Shown here in pieces: positions 12,992 to 25,893 of a DNA stretch of 64,000 nt. The position numbers and the translations under genes are program-made. Origin of the DNA: Chrysomallon squamiferum (Eukaryota > Animalia > Mollusca); the NCBI GenBank assembly GCA_012295275.1, contig CM022672.1, positions 20,336,001-20,400,000 on the forward strand. Reading direction: 5' to 3'. Position 1 is the first letter of the stretch. Each line of letters starts with the position of its first letter. The notes under the pieces were generated by a model. That model made no database searches and was not told the DNA's origin. It saw only the letters and a program-made list of their open reading frames with translations.

Positions 12992-14187
12992 ATGGATAAA
13001 ATGTCTATGATCTTAGTTGTTTTCTTGGGTAAGTAAATATTCAAATTTTTTTTTTTATTTTATATTTTTTTTTTTGTTTGTTTGTTGTTTTATTTATTTA
13101 TTCAAATTACATTTTATATTTCATATATGTTAATTTTTTTTTAAAGTTTCTTTAAATTAAATTCTTTTCCAGTTATCTTTGCTAACATGAACTATGCATG
13201 TAACCAGTTCAAGAAAGACAAATGTACAAGTGTCCGAAAGTTTGCCATTTCTGAAGCTGGCCCTGATATACCACGTATATGCAAGTAAGTGTTTATTCGT
13301 TATTTCAGTGTAGTGTTTTAAAAAAACATTTTAGGTTGTTTAGTAAGAAATGGTAAAACAATAATCATGATGAATTAACATCTAAAATTCTTCGTTATTT
13401 TCAATATATGTTTTTTGTTAATTATTATTATTATTATTTTATTATATTCATTGTCTTTGCTGGCTGTGTGTATAAAAATGTCAATATTCAATTACATCCA
13501 CTGATATTTTTTTGTTTCTGTTAATGAATTTATACATGATTTTGTGAGGTGGATGTGATATACAAGTAACTAATATGTTCGTATAATTATGTGTATGTAT
13601 ACAGATAAGAAAAACCGATTACAGCTGTATGTTTCTTTGTGCATTAATATGTATACTTTTGGGTCAAACCCGTACAATTTTTGTATAAGTATGTGCGCAC
13701 GTATGAGTCTGTGTATGTTCATACTGCTTTGGTCTGTGTGTTTGTGTTTGGTAAATTAAGTTATTGTCTTACAGAGCCGAAAGATACTACATCAACTGCC
13801 TTTCTTCATCTGGTTGTCAAGACAACGCCGTTTTTAAACAGATGGTTGAGAACATACAAGAAATGTGTTCTTCTGATGGTTCGTATGATTATTATTATTA
13901 TTATTATTGCTGTTGTTGTTGTTGTTTCTATTATAATTTTTGAATGTGCAGTTCTGGTCATTATCAATTTTTACTATTATTTCTTCAACCACTGTTGTTA
14001 CCATATTTTCTTCTTATACTACAGTTATCACAACTGTTATTTCTACAACAACACCAGCAGTTACCACTACTACTACTACGTGACACCTGTTATTATGATG
14101 ACAATTATTGTTATTTAAGGTGGATCAATGGTGACTGTTTCCATTTTGACAGCGCTTCTGGCATTCGTCGCATTACTGATCCAGTAA
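12992..14187 (+). CDS. Small secreted six-cysteine, probably GPI-anchored protein (106 aa; neuritin/RGM-N-like spacing)
   Basis: Exons 12992-13028, 13173-13284, 13775-13878 and 14120-14187 have GT-AG sites and consistent phases (1,2,1). Product: MDKMSMILVVFLVIFANMNYACNQFKKDKCTSVRKFAISEAGPDIPRICKAERYYINCLSSSGCQDNAVFKQMVENIQEMCSSDGGSMVTVSILTALLAFVALLIQ*. It has an N-terminal hydrophobic signal, an SSDGGS omega region and a hydrophobic tail. AATAAA at ~14530. Confidence 0.8.
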
Positions 14188-14699
14188 TGAATTTCAAGTA
14201 CGTCAAATTTATTATCTTAGTTTTTATTTTTGTATTAAAATGCGGGCATTCCGATTTTTATCATCCTGAAATAGTCAGTTTTAACATTCATACATTTTTA
14301 TTTATTTATTTATTGTTTAATTATATTTATTAAAATACTCATTTCTTCATTTTTATATTTTCTTTTTTTTTACAGCGTCTGGTTTCGACGATATGGTCAA
14401 GATTTCACAACATATAAATGTTGGCTTTTTAAAACACATACATACACACACACACACTCATGAAAATTCGTATATGTGAAAGCATTCAAGTTGGTCTTCT
14501 ATTATCTTCCTTTTCTGTCGTTGTTTCCAAATAAAATTATAAAATATCCTTGATATGAATCTTGTAGTTTTTATTTACTTCATTCCTAATATTGCAGTTA
14601 AAATTTAATTAATTTTTTTTTTTTTTTTCGGTTTAATTTTGTTTCATTCTTGAGACTATATCTATTTTATATCGATTGTTATTTGAAAAACCAGGAATA

Positions 14700-14859
14700 A
14701 GGGACAGGTTTAATTATCAGGCAACGTAAATGTGTTGTAACAAATATTGCAGGTGTTTTCACTGGGTGTTAATGGCATGAGCCACGAAGATTCCGCCGAT
14801 TACAAATTCAGTCACCCTGGCAACCGAGATAGAAACCTGTAATCATCCAAACAATTCTT

Positions 14860-14894
<35 letters not shown>

Positions 14895-15160
14895 CACACA
14901 CAAACATATGTTTTGCTAATTTAACAGCATAATTGTTCAGTGGACAAACGTTTTCCCCTTGTGATATCAACAGTCTGTCTCCAGCATTCCAGGCTGATTA
15001 TTTCTGTCGAAAGTCCAGGCCAGTCAAAGAGGCGAATATCATTTCAACTAAATACTAAGAGTGTTTAATAAAACAAGTGTTTCTCGGGTGGAATATATAA
15101 CTACCTGATAGGCAACACGCTCTGTCTCACCCACTATTACTGGAATACTCTACTGGCAGG
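14700..15160 (-). mobile_element. Highly degenerate Tc1/mariner-like transposase relic (tentative)
   Basis: The minus strand at ~15045-14980 reads NDIRLFDWPGLSTEIISLECW, resembling the Tc1 C-terminal 'WPxxSPDLNPIExLW' block. It is interrupted by stops and a CA repeat, and no TIRs were found. Confidence 0.35.
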
Positions 15161-15239
15161 TTTTTTGCGTAATCTAATTAGTTACTACGCCAAAAATTCT
15201 TTCCGTTCTAAATGTTAGGAATGTCTTACCAGCTATATC

Positions 15240-15270
<31 letters not shown>

Positions 15271-17148
15271 GTAATCTGCCAGCTATCATTGAAAATCCAA
15301 ATTTGTAACTACTTTAATGTTTACCAGCATTTATATGGTCTCACTAATGCAGCATATTCCCACATACACATACATCCCTTTTATGTCTATTTAATTACAA
15401 TCTCCCATGATAATTCCAAGATATAGTATTCTTATGCTGCTTATAAAGACAGAGGGGGAAATTCTTTATTTACAAGGTAAATCTTTAAAAATCAGTTATA
15501 GAATGAATGAATGAATAAATAAACCTGACCATTCAGACTCGAGATATTTTTAATAGAAGTCAGATATTCCTTGAATCCAGAGCTGTGTAATTAAATTATC
15601 ATTTATGAGATAAAACTGTGCACAAAACAAAACAATATCATTGCTGTATTGTATTTATTGCAATATGTCAACGAAACTGCACTTATTATTTTATGAAAGA
15701 TATACAAAATCATTAACAGTTGCGATGTTTATATATATATATATTTTCAGAATAATTTATACAATAATGCTGCTGTTTTTAAGATTATTAATAATTTGAT
15801 GTCTTACTGTTGGGATTTATATAACATTAAGGCATCTAATACATGTTTTAAAAACCTATACCAACTATAATTTGCTTTATTTTTATAGTATATTAAGCTG
15901 CCACATCAGTGCTAATATACATAAAATGATGAAATAAAACAACACATTACTTTCAATACCATGAAAATGAACGAGAGTCATTAAAGGTCACTTGTTGACA
16001 TAATAGGAATTTTTTCTATTTGCTGTTTTATGGTGGGTTTTTATCACATTTTATGAGGTCTACCAAGTTGCATATGACAGCCTACCATTCTGTTCTTATT
16101 ACACATTCAGCCTGACTCTTTTTTTCAATCATGCACACACACACACACACTTTTAAAGTGTAAATTTGTTGAAATGTTTAAATTAAATACACGAATATGA
16201 AAACAGCCACTTTTATTTTACATGTATTAATAAACCAATGTACTATTTCTGTAAAAATATATATTTATTATCATACAAACAGGTGCATAAAAATGAACTG
16301 GGAAGTATTAATAAATATGAAATCTCAGGTGTACTGTAATTCACTGTGTTTTTTAATTACACATTTTTTTTTTTTTATCCAAATTACTTTCAGTTCTGTT
16401 AATGCCAGAAATACATCTACTATTTCTGTTCTATTTTAAAATACTGTAATAAATATTTTGTCATGATTATGATCATGAATATTGCTTTCCATATCTAAAC
16501 ATTTTTGAGCCATGTTATGCTAAGCTGGAAGTCATTTTTCAAAATAAAATGTCAATTAATAATGTCAAAAACATATTGGATAAATGCTGAAATTTTACAT
16601 ACTCATACTGAAACAGTTTTGTAACAACCTCATAAACACTTTCAGTTATGCCATTAAATAAAAACATTTACAGTCACTGCTTTGAAATAAATATAATCTG
16701 AGGAAGAAGGTAAGGAGCAGAATATGGATATTACAAGAAAAAACAACAGCAGCAGTAGTCATTCAAGATGATGTAGTAATTCTGAAGAGAACTTGTGCAC
16801 TTACCAATACAAAGGTAGGTCAAAATCATTCTCAGGCACACATTAAGTATGAAGACCTTTCATAACAGACACCTGTCATGAAGTATAAACATTCACATTT
16901 ATATGTAAATTATCAAAATGGTGTACAGTAGCCAGACAAATAATTCCCAAAACTCTTTTCAAAATATTACAATTTGTTGTCATTAAAATTATGCTTATAT
17001 ACACTAAAGTTTATGAAGACTGATATAAATACAAATGAACCAGACCATAAAAAAAAAAAAATGTAAGTCTGGCAAAAAATAAATATTATAAAAACATGTA
17101 ACAATATAATAATATAACTTGTAATGAAAGTGCATAGGCAATGCATTA

Positions 17149-20100
17149 TTAGTCAGAAAGAATGATAACATCATCGTCACTTTCATTAACATTTCCAGAC
17201 GTAGTCACAGTTCTACAATCATCATTATGATTCCTGCCTCTGCTGATATTTTTAGTAGTGGAAGTCAAAGAATTACTTAAGTTCTGATGTTTGATGTTTG
17301 AAACTACAAACTGTGTCTCAACCTTAACTATTTCATTATCTCCATTTTGGCTATCAGTTTTCAAGAAGCTTTTTGGAACTTGCAGCTGAATTCTTCGTTT
17401 ACTTACTAAGGGAATATTTTTATTAAAAAGCAACGATGATGAAGATGATGACAATGATGAGGTTGGTGATGGGTCAGTGAAATTGTTAGTGATTTTTATT
17501 GTCAAAGGCTTCAATGTTTCATTAGATATCGTTTTTACCTTTTCTGGTTTGATGAGATCAGAATGTCCTTCATTGCCATTCATCTGACAAGTAAGGAGAT
17601 TGCAAACAATAGGATGTTTTTTTGATATATGTTCTAAGGTTACCTTTTCCACAGAATGATTTTCACCAATGTTACGTATGTTAATGAAATGTCCCTGAGA
17701 AGTTCTGCTTTTGAAATTTGGTTCTGCTTTAATTTCATTAGCATGCTTTGTTGTAAGTTCAGTTTTTTCTCCACCCTTACAATTAGCTTGGGAATGATCT
17801 ACAGAAACGTTGGAGTTTTCATTGGGTTTCAGTTTGGTATCAATGCCATCGTCAGCTAGGTCTAGCACAATTACCTCACTACTTGAAGAAATGTCTGGGC
17901 AAGAAAGACTGCCTTCTGCCATAATACTATCATCATTATGAACATCAGCAGTCTCCACCTTGTCTAAATCTGAAGATTCATCTTTTGATTTCACTTTTGT
18001 AGGCACTGGCCAAATATTAGGGTCAGTACTTCTTGGCTGAATTGTATCTTCTTTTATGTCAGAATCAAATGAAAGTGGTGGCCTCCTTGAGTCTGCAGTT
18101 CTAAGACACTTTTTACAATCACATGAAGAAGTGTGTGTCTCATTATTTTTTTGAAGAAACTTTTTTGGTGTGATTATTGTGGGGAGAGGGGGTTCTTCTT
18201 CAATGTCACTCTCTTTCTGACCTGAAAACAGAAAAAAAAGTAAAAGAATTTTTTTATTATAATATTTTAAGTGCTGAAACAATACTTTATTATTTTTTAT
18301 GACAAAAACTAAGTGGCTATGAAGGAATATTTTTTAGTGACATTATTTTATTGTTAATATTGTTAAAATGTATATTAGTAATAAGTAAATAAATAAATAA
18401 AAAAAATATATATTTATACATTCCGTGTCAAATCACCGAATGGGTTAAACCCGACTGTCTCAGATTTTGATAAAACTTGGTATACTTGTTGACTGGGATC
18501 CCACAGCACCAAATCTGAAATATTAGCCCAATTGGATCAGTGGCGTGGGAGATATGGCCCACCGAATTTTGAGATTTTTGGCAAAAATGGGCGTGACCAC
18601 CAACCTTAGAACCCTCATTTCTCAGGAACTACTGGGCCAATCTTCATAAAATTGGTATTGTTGAAAAGGCAATATGACAAGGATTCCAAATCTGCCATTT
18701 TTGTTCAGTTTGGAAAATATTGGAGTACATTGACCTATTGACATTTGCTATGACCTTGAAATTGAACGTGTGGAACACGTGACCTTGAGATGACCTTTAT
18801 TGAAATTTAATCTCCCATATGTTAACTAAAACATATAAAAGTTTCCTGGGTGTAATATTTTTTGTTTAGCCACAATATAGATTTAAAAAATGCACATACA
18901 TTGCTAGTGAATGGAGTTTGACAGGGGTTTTGCCTAAACTCGAGAGGATAGAATTCAAATCAAAGTCCTTTTCTGGGGAAACAACAACCAGTGGTTTGTC
19001 TGGCAAGATATCATCAAATTCTCCCATTGTAATACCACCCATACTAAAGTCATCCTCTGCAGGGGTTTGGACCTTTGATTTCTGAAGGCTAATCAGACAG
19101 TCACAGCACAACTTGTCTCCTGGCACTAGCGTCTTTCGAGGATTTACTAAGCATTTGTAAGTGCCCATGCTAACAATTCTTAAAGATCTAGTACGTGCTT
19201 GCTTAGGATGGCGATTAAGGGGATCACAACAGTTTTTCTGCAACGTTGAAAATTTGATTAAAAGTTCTTGTTCATGATGTGAACAGATGCTCTTGATGTC
19301 CCATGTTTTGATCACACTTCGAAGAGTGAGGAGTTCGACTTCCTCAGTTTTCCATACACTTCGCAACAACTCCTTTTTGATATGATGGTGTTGATAACAC
19401 ACATTTTCAGGAGAGTTAAAGCTGCAGTTAGCCCTGGAAGAAATAAGGATTTTCAGTATTGGCCTGCACCTTCAATTCAATAGAACAAAGTCAGTGCTTT
19501 CCTAAATATCAAATCAAATCCTGAAACCCTTTCAGTAAAGTTAAGCAGGTCATAAAATGGCAGCAGAGTATATGTGTTATTGCCAAAGGCCCACAAGTCT
19601 TGGGCATTTATGTCAATCTTCTCAAGTATAAATCACAGTTTATTAAGGTGAAGGTAGACCTTGTTCATACTCTGTGCCGAAGACTGGGTGTACAAATACA
19701 TTATGCAGTACATCACTTGATGAAGTCTGATTTCAGACTGGGTTGTACTGATGTTGACTGAAACCCTGTTCAAAACCAATGGCAAGGCCACATGACATGA
19801 TAAAATGACTTAATAGGTTTTATGAAGAAAACAATGCTTACTTATCAACATCTGACATTGTGTCCAACTTAAAAGCTTCAGATTGTCAAAGAAATGCAGA
19901 TGAAGAAACTTCTTTGTCTTAAACTTCTAATTGCCATGTGCTCAATGAGGATTGCACCAGGGGATCTAAAGGAGTTCCTGACCTGCCTGAAGCATCACTT
20001 CCTGTTAACCCTTTGAGCCTGATTGTGTAGAACATGTCATGCCATTTGACATCTTTTCATATCCTTCAGGCATTCCTTCAGACATGTCAGTGGGTTTTAA

Positions 20101-23100
20101 CTCCAAAGATGAGTTTTTAGCCTCAGAGAAAATATCAATCATCCAAAATACATTTTTGTACATTGTGGCTAAACAAAAATATGCATTGTGAACTTTAATC
20201 ATCCATGCATGATCAAGAAAGATGGTGATTTTCCAAATTCACGTTTTATTAATCAGATGTTACAAAAAGGTGTTATTTTCATGTATGTGAATTTTAAAAT
20301 CTATATTGTAGGCTAAACAAAAAGTATCTTACACCCAGGAAACTTTTATATGTTTAATTAACATGTGGGAGAAAATTTCATGGTGATTCCTAGCATCCAG
20401 TATTCATTTCATTCATAGCAAAGGTCAATAGGTCAATGTACTCCAATATTTTCCAAACTGAACAAAAATGGCAATTTGGTCCTTATTTTGCCTTTTCAAC
20501 AATACCAATTTTATGAAGATTGGCCCAGTAGTTCCTGAGATATGAAGGTTCTAAAGTTGGTGGTCACGCCCATTTTTGCCAAAAATCTCAAAATTTGGTG
20601 GGCTGTATCTCCCACACCACTGATCCAATAGGGCTAATATTTCAGATTTGGTGCTGTGGGATCCCAATCAACAAGTATACCAAGTTTTATAAAAATCTTA
20701 GACGGTCGGGTTTAAAAAAAAAAATTTTTTTTGACACGGACTGACCCTTATATAACTAAATGAATGTATAATAATATATAATTACATCTTTGTTTAATTA
20801 ATATCAATTATAATGAATTGGGAATAGGTGCATATATCTAGTTACTGTCATTTAAGAAATAACTTGGTCTTTTATTTTTATTATTAATATTTTAAAATAT
20901 TCTGTTTAATAAATAATTAACTTAATAATTCATCAAATCTAAGTGGTAAAAACTAAATTTACATATATTCTCTACGACTTAAGCAAAACAAAAATAAAAA
21001 TACATTTAATAGTAATAGTAAAAATAAATAAATAAAAATATACAAATACTTAAAATCTATCTATCTATCTGTATAAAAGAAATATATCACTTTGATGTAA
21101 TTATTATTTAAGAGAGGACATCTGATGTTGTCTTTCCACAAATGACATTTAATGGCTTAGTAGCAACTAATCATTTATATATCATTCCACAGAAAAAGAA
21201 ATTAACATATGTTAAACTAGTTGTGGAGCCCTAATGGAATAGTAAATAGTGAATGGAGAAAGGAAAACTGATCATTCAAACTACTATGCTTCATAACAAC
21301 ACTCTTAACCAATGAACTGAAAAACAATTCATCTTTTGATCTGAAGTGAAAGTAAGTTACTGTTTAATAGATCATTCTCTGTTTCATCACATGAGTCTTG
21401 CAACAGGTCCAAACTGCTGGTTTCTTCTTTCTTGTCAGCAGTTTTATATCCCTGTTCTGCAAACTTGTTGATCACCTTACAAACAATATTAAAAATACTG
21501 AATTAAGACTCTCATAAAAAAAATATATATATATATATATATAAAAATCAAACAACAAATAAAATAAAGAGACATCATAACCAAACTTCAACAGAAGATA
21601 ATTACAGAAAGTTGATATTTCAATACTAGTTAAATACATTTTCAATCAATGTCTGCAGCTACATTATGCTTAATAAATGTTTATCAACCTAAATATCATG
21701 GCAGAAACAATGATAATGAATATGAATAAATTTTTAATTTAAAATTTTCATTTAGTAACGAATTATTTTAAAGTTTAATGTTTCAAGAAAAAAAAAGAAA
21801 AAAGAAGAAAAAAGATATAGAAATTCTTTGATCCTCATTAAGCTACTGCTTACGTCTTCTAATTTGATTTTTCCTGCCTGTCTGTTTTCTTCCAACTTTT
21901 GCTTCAGTTCTATGTCAAACAATGCAGGATCTTTATCCATCCTGAAAGATGAGCCCAAATTTAGTAGTCAGCCCTCAAAAAACATTATTTCTTTATAAAC
22001 CATTCTTTTTTTCATCCTTAATATTTACTTTTTCTGTTTAGCCTAATGACATTTGGAGAATTTAAATGATAAACATAAACAAAGCAGAGATTTGGGGGAT
22101 TTTAACGTAATCTGAAATAATTTTGAAATGAGTTAACTCTAAATAAAACATTAGTATTAACAATCAATGTATAAAATTATGAATTAAACAGAAATTTAAT
22201 TTTTAAATCCAATTCTAACTGACAATCCAATTTTAATTAGTTATTATTACAATAATCACTGAATAACTGACTGTCCTATGGCACACCAGCACAAAACAAT
22301 GATCAAACACTGAGCAAGTAATTACTGAATAAAATGAAAGATTATTTTATCATAAAATCATTTTTATCTAGTGGGGACACAAAATAAACCAGTTAACCAG
22401 AACAGGGTATGGTTTTTAAATGTTGCTGAGGTAGGTAACACAAGACCAGCACAGTCAGTGAACATTAATGTCATTAATGTCATCAACATGATTCTAGGCT
22501 TTAACCAGGGCCTTTATGATCAGAAATACACCAGTCAATCTTGCCTGTATCGATCTGAGACTTATTTTATACATGTATTTCCTGTTTAAATCATAATTCA
22601 ATTGTTTTATTAAATTCTAGATTTTGTTCAACATATGCAACATGTTAAAACTATATTAGTTTTAGTGAACATTGATAAATATGCAAAATACAATACTAAC
22701 AAGATTAAAGATCTCAAAGGAACGTAAATTCAGAGTTGAGTTAATTTTTTTCACTGAAAATATTTTCACCTGTATCCTTCAGTCTGTCTGCATCTAAAAG
22801 TGCATATGAAATCGTCATGTCGTCGCTGCTGAAGAAGATTTCCTACATCAGTAAATGTTTCTCTTGCCAAACTCTCAATGACACCATTGCTGTAATGAGG
22901 AAAATAAAATCATAACAATTTACATAGACACCGTTATAGGTAAGAGTAAATAATAAATAAAATACTGAAGAAAAAAAAGGTACCATAAAATGAACAGTAA
23001 AAATGCAAACAGAGACTAATAAACAGTAAAAAAAAAGAAATAGAAAGCCTAATGAGTGTTAGAAACAGGAAAAAACCCACCAAAATATAATAAAATGAAG

Positions 23101-25795
23101 AAATACAAAATACAAAATAAGCAGTAGAAATACAAAAAAGCCTAATAAACAGTAAAATACAAAGACAGTATCATAAAATAAAGAAATACAAAACACATCC
23201 TAACAAACAGTAAAACTACAAACAGTCTAATATAAAACACAGCCTAACAATCAGTAGAAATACAAACACAGTATAATAAATGATGGCAATAAAACAAACC
23301 TCAAATTCAGAGATTTTTGTTCATTCACTTTACGAAAGATTTTGCGGATATCAAAATAATCAGGAAATATTTTCTTCTTGTTGACTAGTCTTTTAATTCT
23401 CTTGTTAACCTCTGGATAACGGGATCCTGAAAAAAAAAAATTAAAACTGAAGTTAAAAACATATAAAATGGGATTGTTATGGTTTAACTAAAGACCAAAT
23501 ATAATTCAAATAAAAAATGAAACTTTCTAAACAGCAGTTAGCTAAAGGTCAAACATAATTCAAACAACGAATGAAATGCTATAACTGAAAATGCTAATAA
23601 TTATATTTACTAAAAATGTATATTAATCAGTTGAAAGGTAATATGAAAGGTCTCACGAAAATAATAAGAAGTTCAAATTTAGCAAAATTAATTTTGTTTG
23701 TATATAAATTCTTATTATACATTATATATATATATATATACATGTATGCTGGAATACATGTATTTATTTATCTTTGTATATAAATATATACATATTTATA
23801 TCTCTATACCTATATATATCTATGTATCTATAATCTATATCTATCTGTGTATAGTGATACCATTATATGTGAAACGTCGTTCAGCAGGACGTCCTGTGGT
23901 TGTGGTGCGTTTCTTCAGCTGACAAAGCTTGTTCCAAGCAGCCACAAATTTCTTTTCCAAACGATCTTCATAGATGTATGCGGAATTTTCAGCTTGTAGG
24001 TCATCCATATCGAGTTCTTTTTCCCGAGTCTTTTCAATCTCATTCCGTAGTTTCTGAAACATATAATTAGAAGTGCTGTATATAAATATGAAAAAGTATT
24101 AAAAAAAAAAAAAAGTCCTGTAAATATTTTTTTCTTTTATCCAGTTACAATAAACACAAAAAACATATATCCACTGAATAATCTTTTAAAAACTGAGGAC
24201 ATAAATTTCACTCATTTAATAGGGATTTTTAAAAAAATATATTTCTTATAGTTTATGTGCAATGAGATTATGAGTAAAAATAATATGTCAGCTGCCATAC
24301 AACTTAATGACCTTGCTACATTACTGTCAAGTTTTAATGATTGGAAGGCAGAAAGCAATAATTAAAAAATAAACTGATCTCTTGTAATAATATATATTTA
24401 GTTTAGGCATGTTGCATATACTACCAAATATAACTTAGTTTAACAGCATATCAATACCAAAAAGTTTTAAAAAGTAATTAGTTATCAAATAATGGTTGCA
24501 GACTTACCCTCAGTAGTTTCTCCAGTTTGAGAACATGCTTTTCTGAAACTGGTTTTTCTCCATTATTGTTTTGTGAATGTTCCTTTATTTCTACCTGATC
24601 CAAATCGTCCTGACCATCAACATATGAAGAACAGTGAGCTTCTGAAGATGTGTTTTGATTTGTGTCTTTGTAAGTTTTTCTGTAATTAACATCTGTTAAT
24701 TTCAGTAAAGAAACGAAACTATTTTTCAGTGCATTGACTGGTTTACTTGATGAAGAAACACCAACACTGGAAAGACTTTTTGGGGTAGCATTTAAATTAC
24801 CTTTAAACTTGTCTGAATTATCTTCAATATTGTCATCTGCAGAATCTTCATCCGAACTAGACAGACTTATGTACACTTCGTCACTAGTTAGTTTACAAGA
24901 GGTTTTATTTGTGGTGGCAGTCATTTGCTGTTTATAACCTGGGGTAGGTATGTTGTGCGTATTGGAATGGTGTGAATTAACAGTGTCACTGTTTGCTCTC
25001 TCAATACAACTATCAGTTGGCTTAGTCGATGACTTTGTTTCTGGACTAACTTTACGCTTCTTAATGCTAGCTTTTCCTGATTCACTTTCAGAATTATTAT
25101 TAGAACCATCACTAACGCCCTCATCAGATTCTCGTTTTCTTTTTGAAGCATTTAGTAACTTTTCTTTTTCTTGGTATTCTGTTAGCTTTGTTAAAAAGCC
25201 TTTGAGGTAGATAAACATGTGGCGTTGATCATTTTCCATTTCTTGTTTTGTTGATGTCAACAGGTTCAACATATCAACCGAGTTTTTAAATGGACGGGAA
25301 CAAGCATTGTATCGTTTCATAACCAGTGGCATTATTCCCCGCATTTCTTCAGTTAGAGTTGATTCCAGAAAAGCCAAGAACTGAAAAGAACAAAAAAAAA
25401 GAAATTAAAATAATAATTTATTATATCAATGTAGTACATAAAATGTTCTGCCGTGAGGTTGTTTTACAACATTCAGAATTTTGTTTTAACTTGGTATAAG
25501 ACTTTGTTCACGGCTATAGCTCTATCAGTATAAAAAGTGTGTGTGTTGTATTTATTAACTGCCTTGTGATTTAATTGGAATTGACAAATAATGTTGTTTT
25601 TTGCTTTTTATAAAAAATATATAACATACAGGGAAGATTGTAATGTTATTTCATTCTGCACTTTAAATAAAATAAACATTTCATATTAAACAACTGTCAA
25701 CTATCTACATACTGAATACACTTTGTTTATATAACTACCCCACTACATTTAATAAACCTTTATTATAAAAAAAAAGCAAGTTCTAAATATATTTG

Positions 25796-25861
<66 letters not shown>

Positions 25862-25893
25862 ACTTCTGAAAAACGTTGTGGTGCAGTAGCCAT
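17149..25893 (-). CDS. DAXX: Death domain-associated protein 6 (H3.3 chaperone), ~872 aa
   Basis: Exons 25893-25864, 25380-24508, 24053-23861, 23426-23300, 22889-22770, 21941-21854, 21475-21361 and 18221-17149, all phase-consistent. Motifs: N-terminal helical bundle (FLAFLES...MFIYLKGFLTKL); histone-binding domain (SAYIYEDRLEKK...WNKLCQLK, GSRYPEVNKRI...FPDYFDI, FTDVGNLLQQRRHDD, DPALFD); C-terminal SIM DDDVIILSD*. Confidence 0.95.
18419..20747 (-). mobile_element. Internally deleted DNA transposon with ~470-bp terminal inverted repeats (Sola-like), inside the last DAXX intron
   Basis: 18422-~18900 is the reverse complement of ~20280-20740 (for example GATCCCACAGCACCAAATCTGAAATATTAGCCC / GGGCTAATATTTCAGATTTGGTGCTGTGGGATC). 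The right end is ...GGACTGACCC and the left end lacks the terminal GGGT. TTATA flanks both sides (18414-18418, 20748-20752). The superfamily assignment is inferred from the long TIRs, GGG terminus and ORF motifs. Confidence 0.9.
18866..19433 (-). pseudogene. Truncated transposase N-terminus with ARL14EP-N-like Cys/His domain
   Basis: ANCSFNSPENVCYQHHH...LLTLRS...ICSHHEQELLIKFSTLQKNCCDPLNRH...LRIVS...LVPGDKLCCDC...LNSILSSLGKTPVKLHSL. The frame runs into the left TIR and no catalytic DDD/DDE region remains. Confidence 0.75.
22985..23285. repeat. Degenerate A-rich minisatellite (TAATAAACAGTA(A/G)AAATACAAA-like units) in a DAXX intron
   Basis: Recurring aacagtaaaa / gaaatacaaa motifs at roughly 25-30-bp spacing. 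Confidence 0.55.
25801..25859. repeat. (CA)n microsatellite next to the DAXX first coding donor
   Basis: Directly visible. Confidence 0.95.

Noticed and set aside
13951-14085. Thr/Ser-rich frame (VITTVISTTTPAVTTTTTT) as a possible mucin-stalk exon of the GPI protein
   Set aside because: It looks like decayed trinucleotide repeat, ends in TGA, and has no phase-compatible strong donor. RNA-seq is needed to exclude it fully.
20005-20202. 65-aa ORF inside the transposon
   Set aside because: No recognisable transposase motif, and it overlaps a subterminal repeat (GGCTAAACAAAAA).
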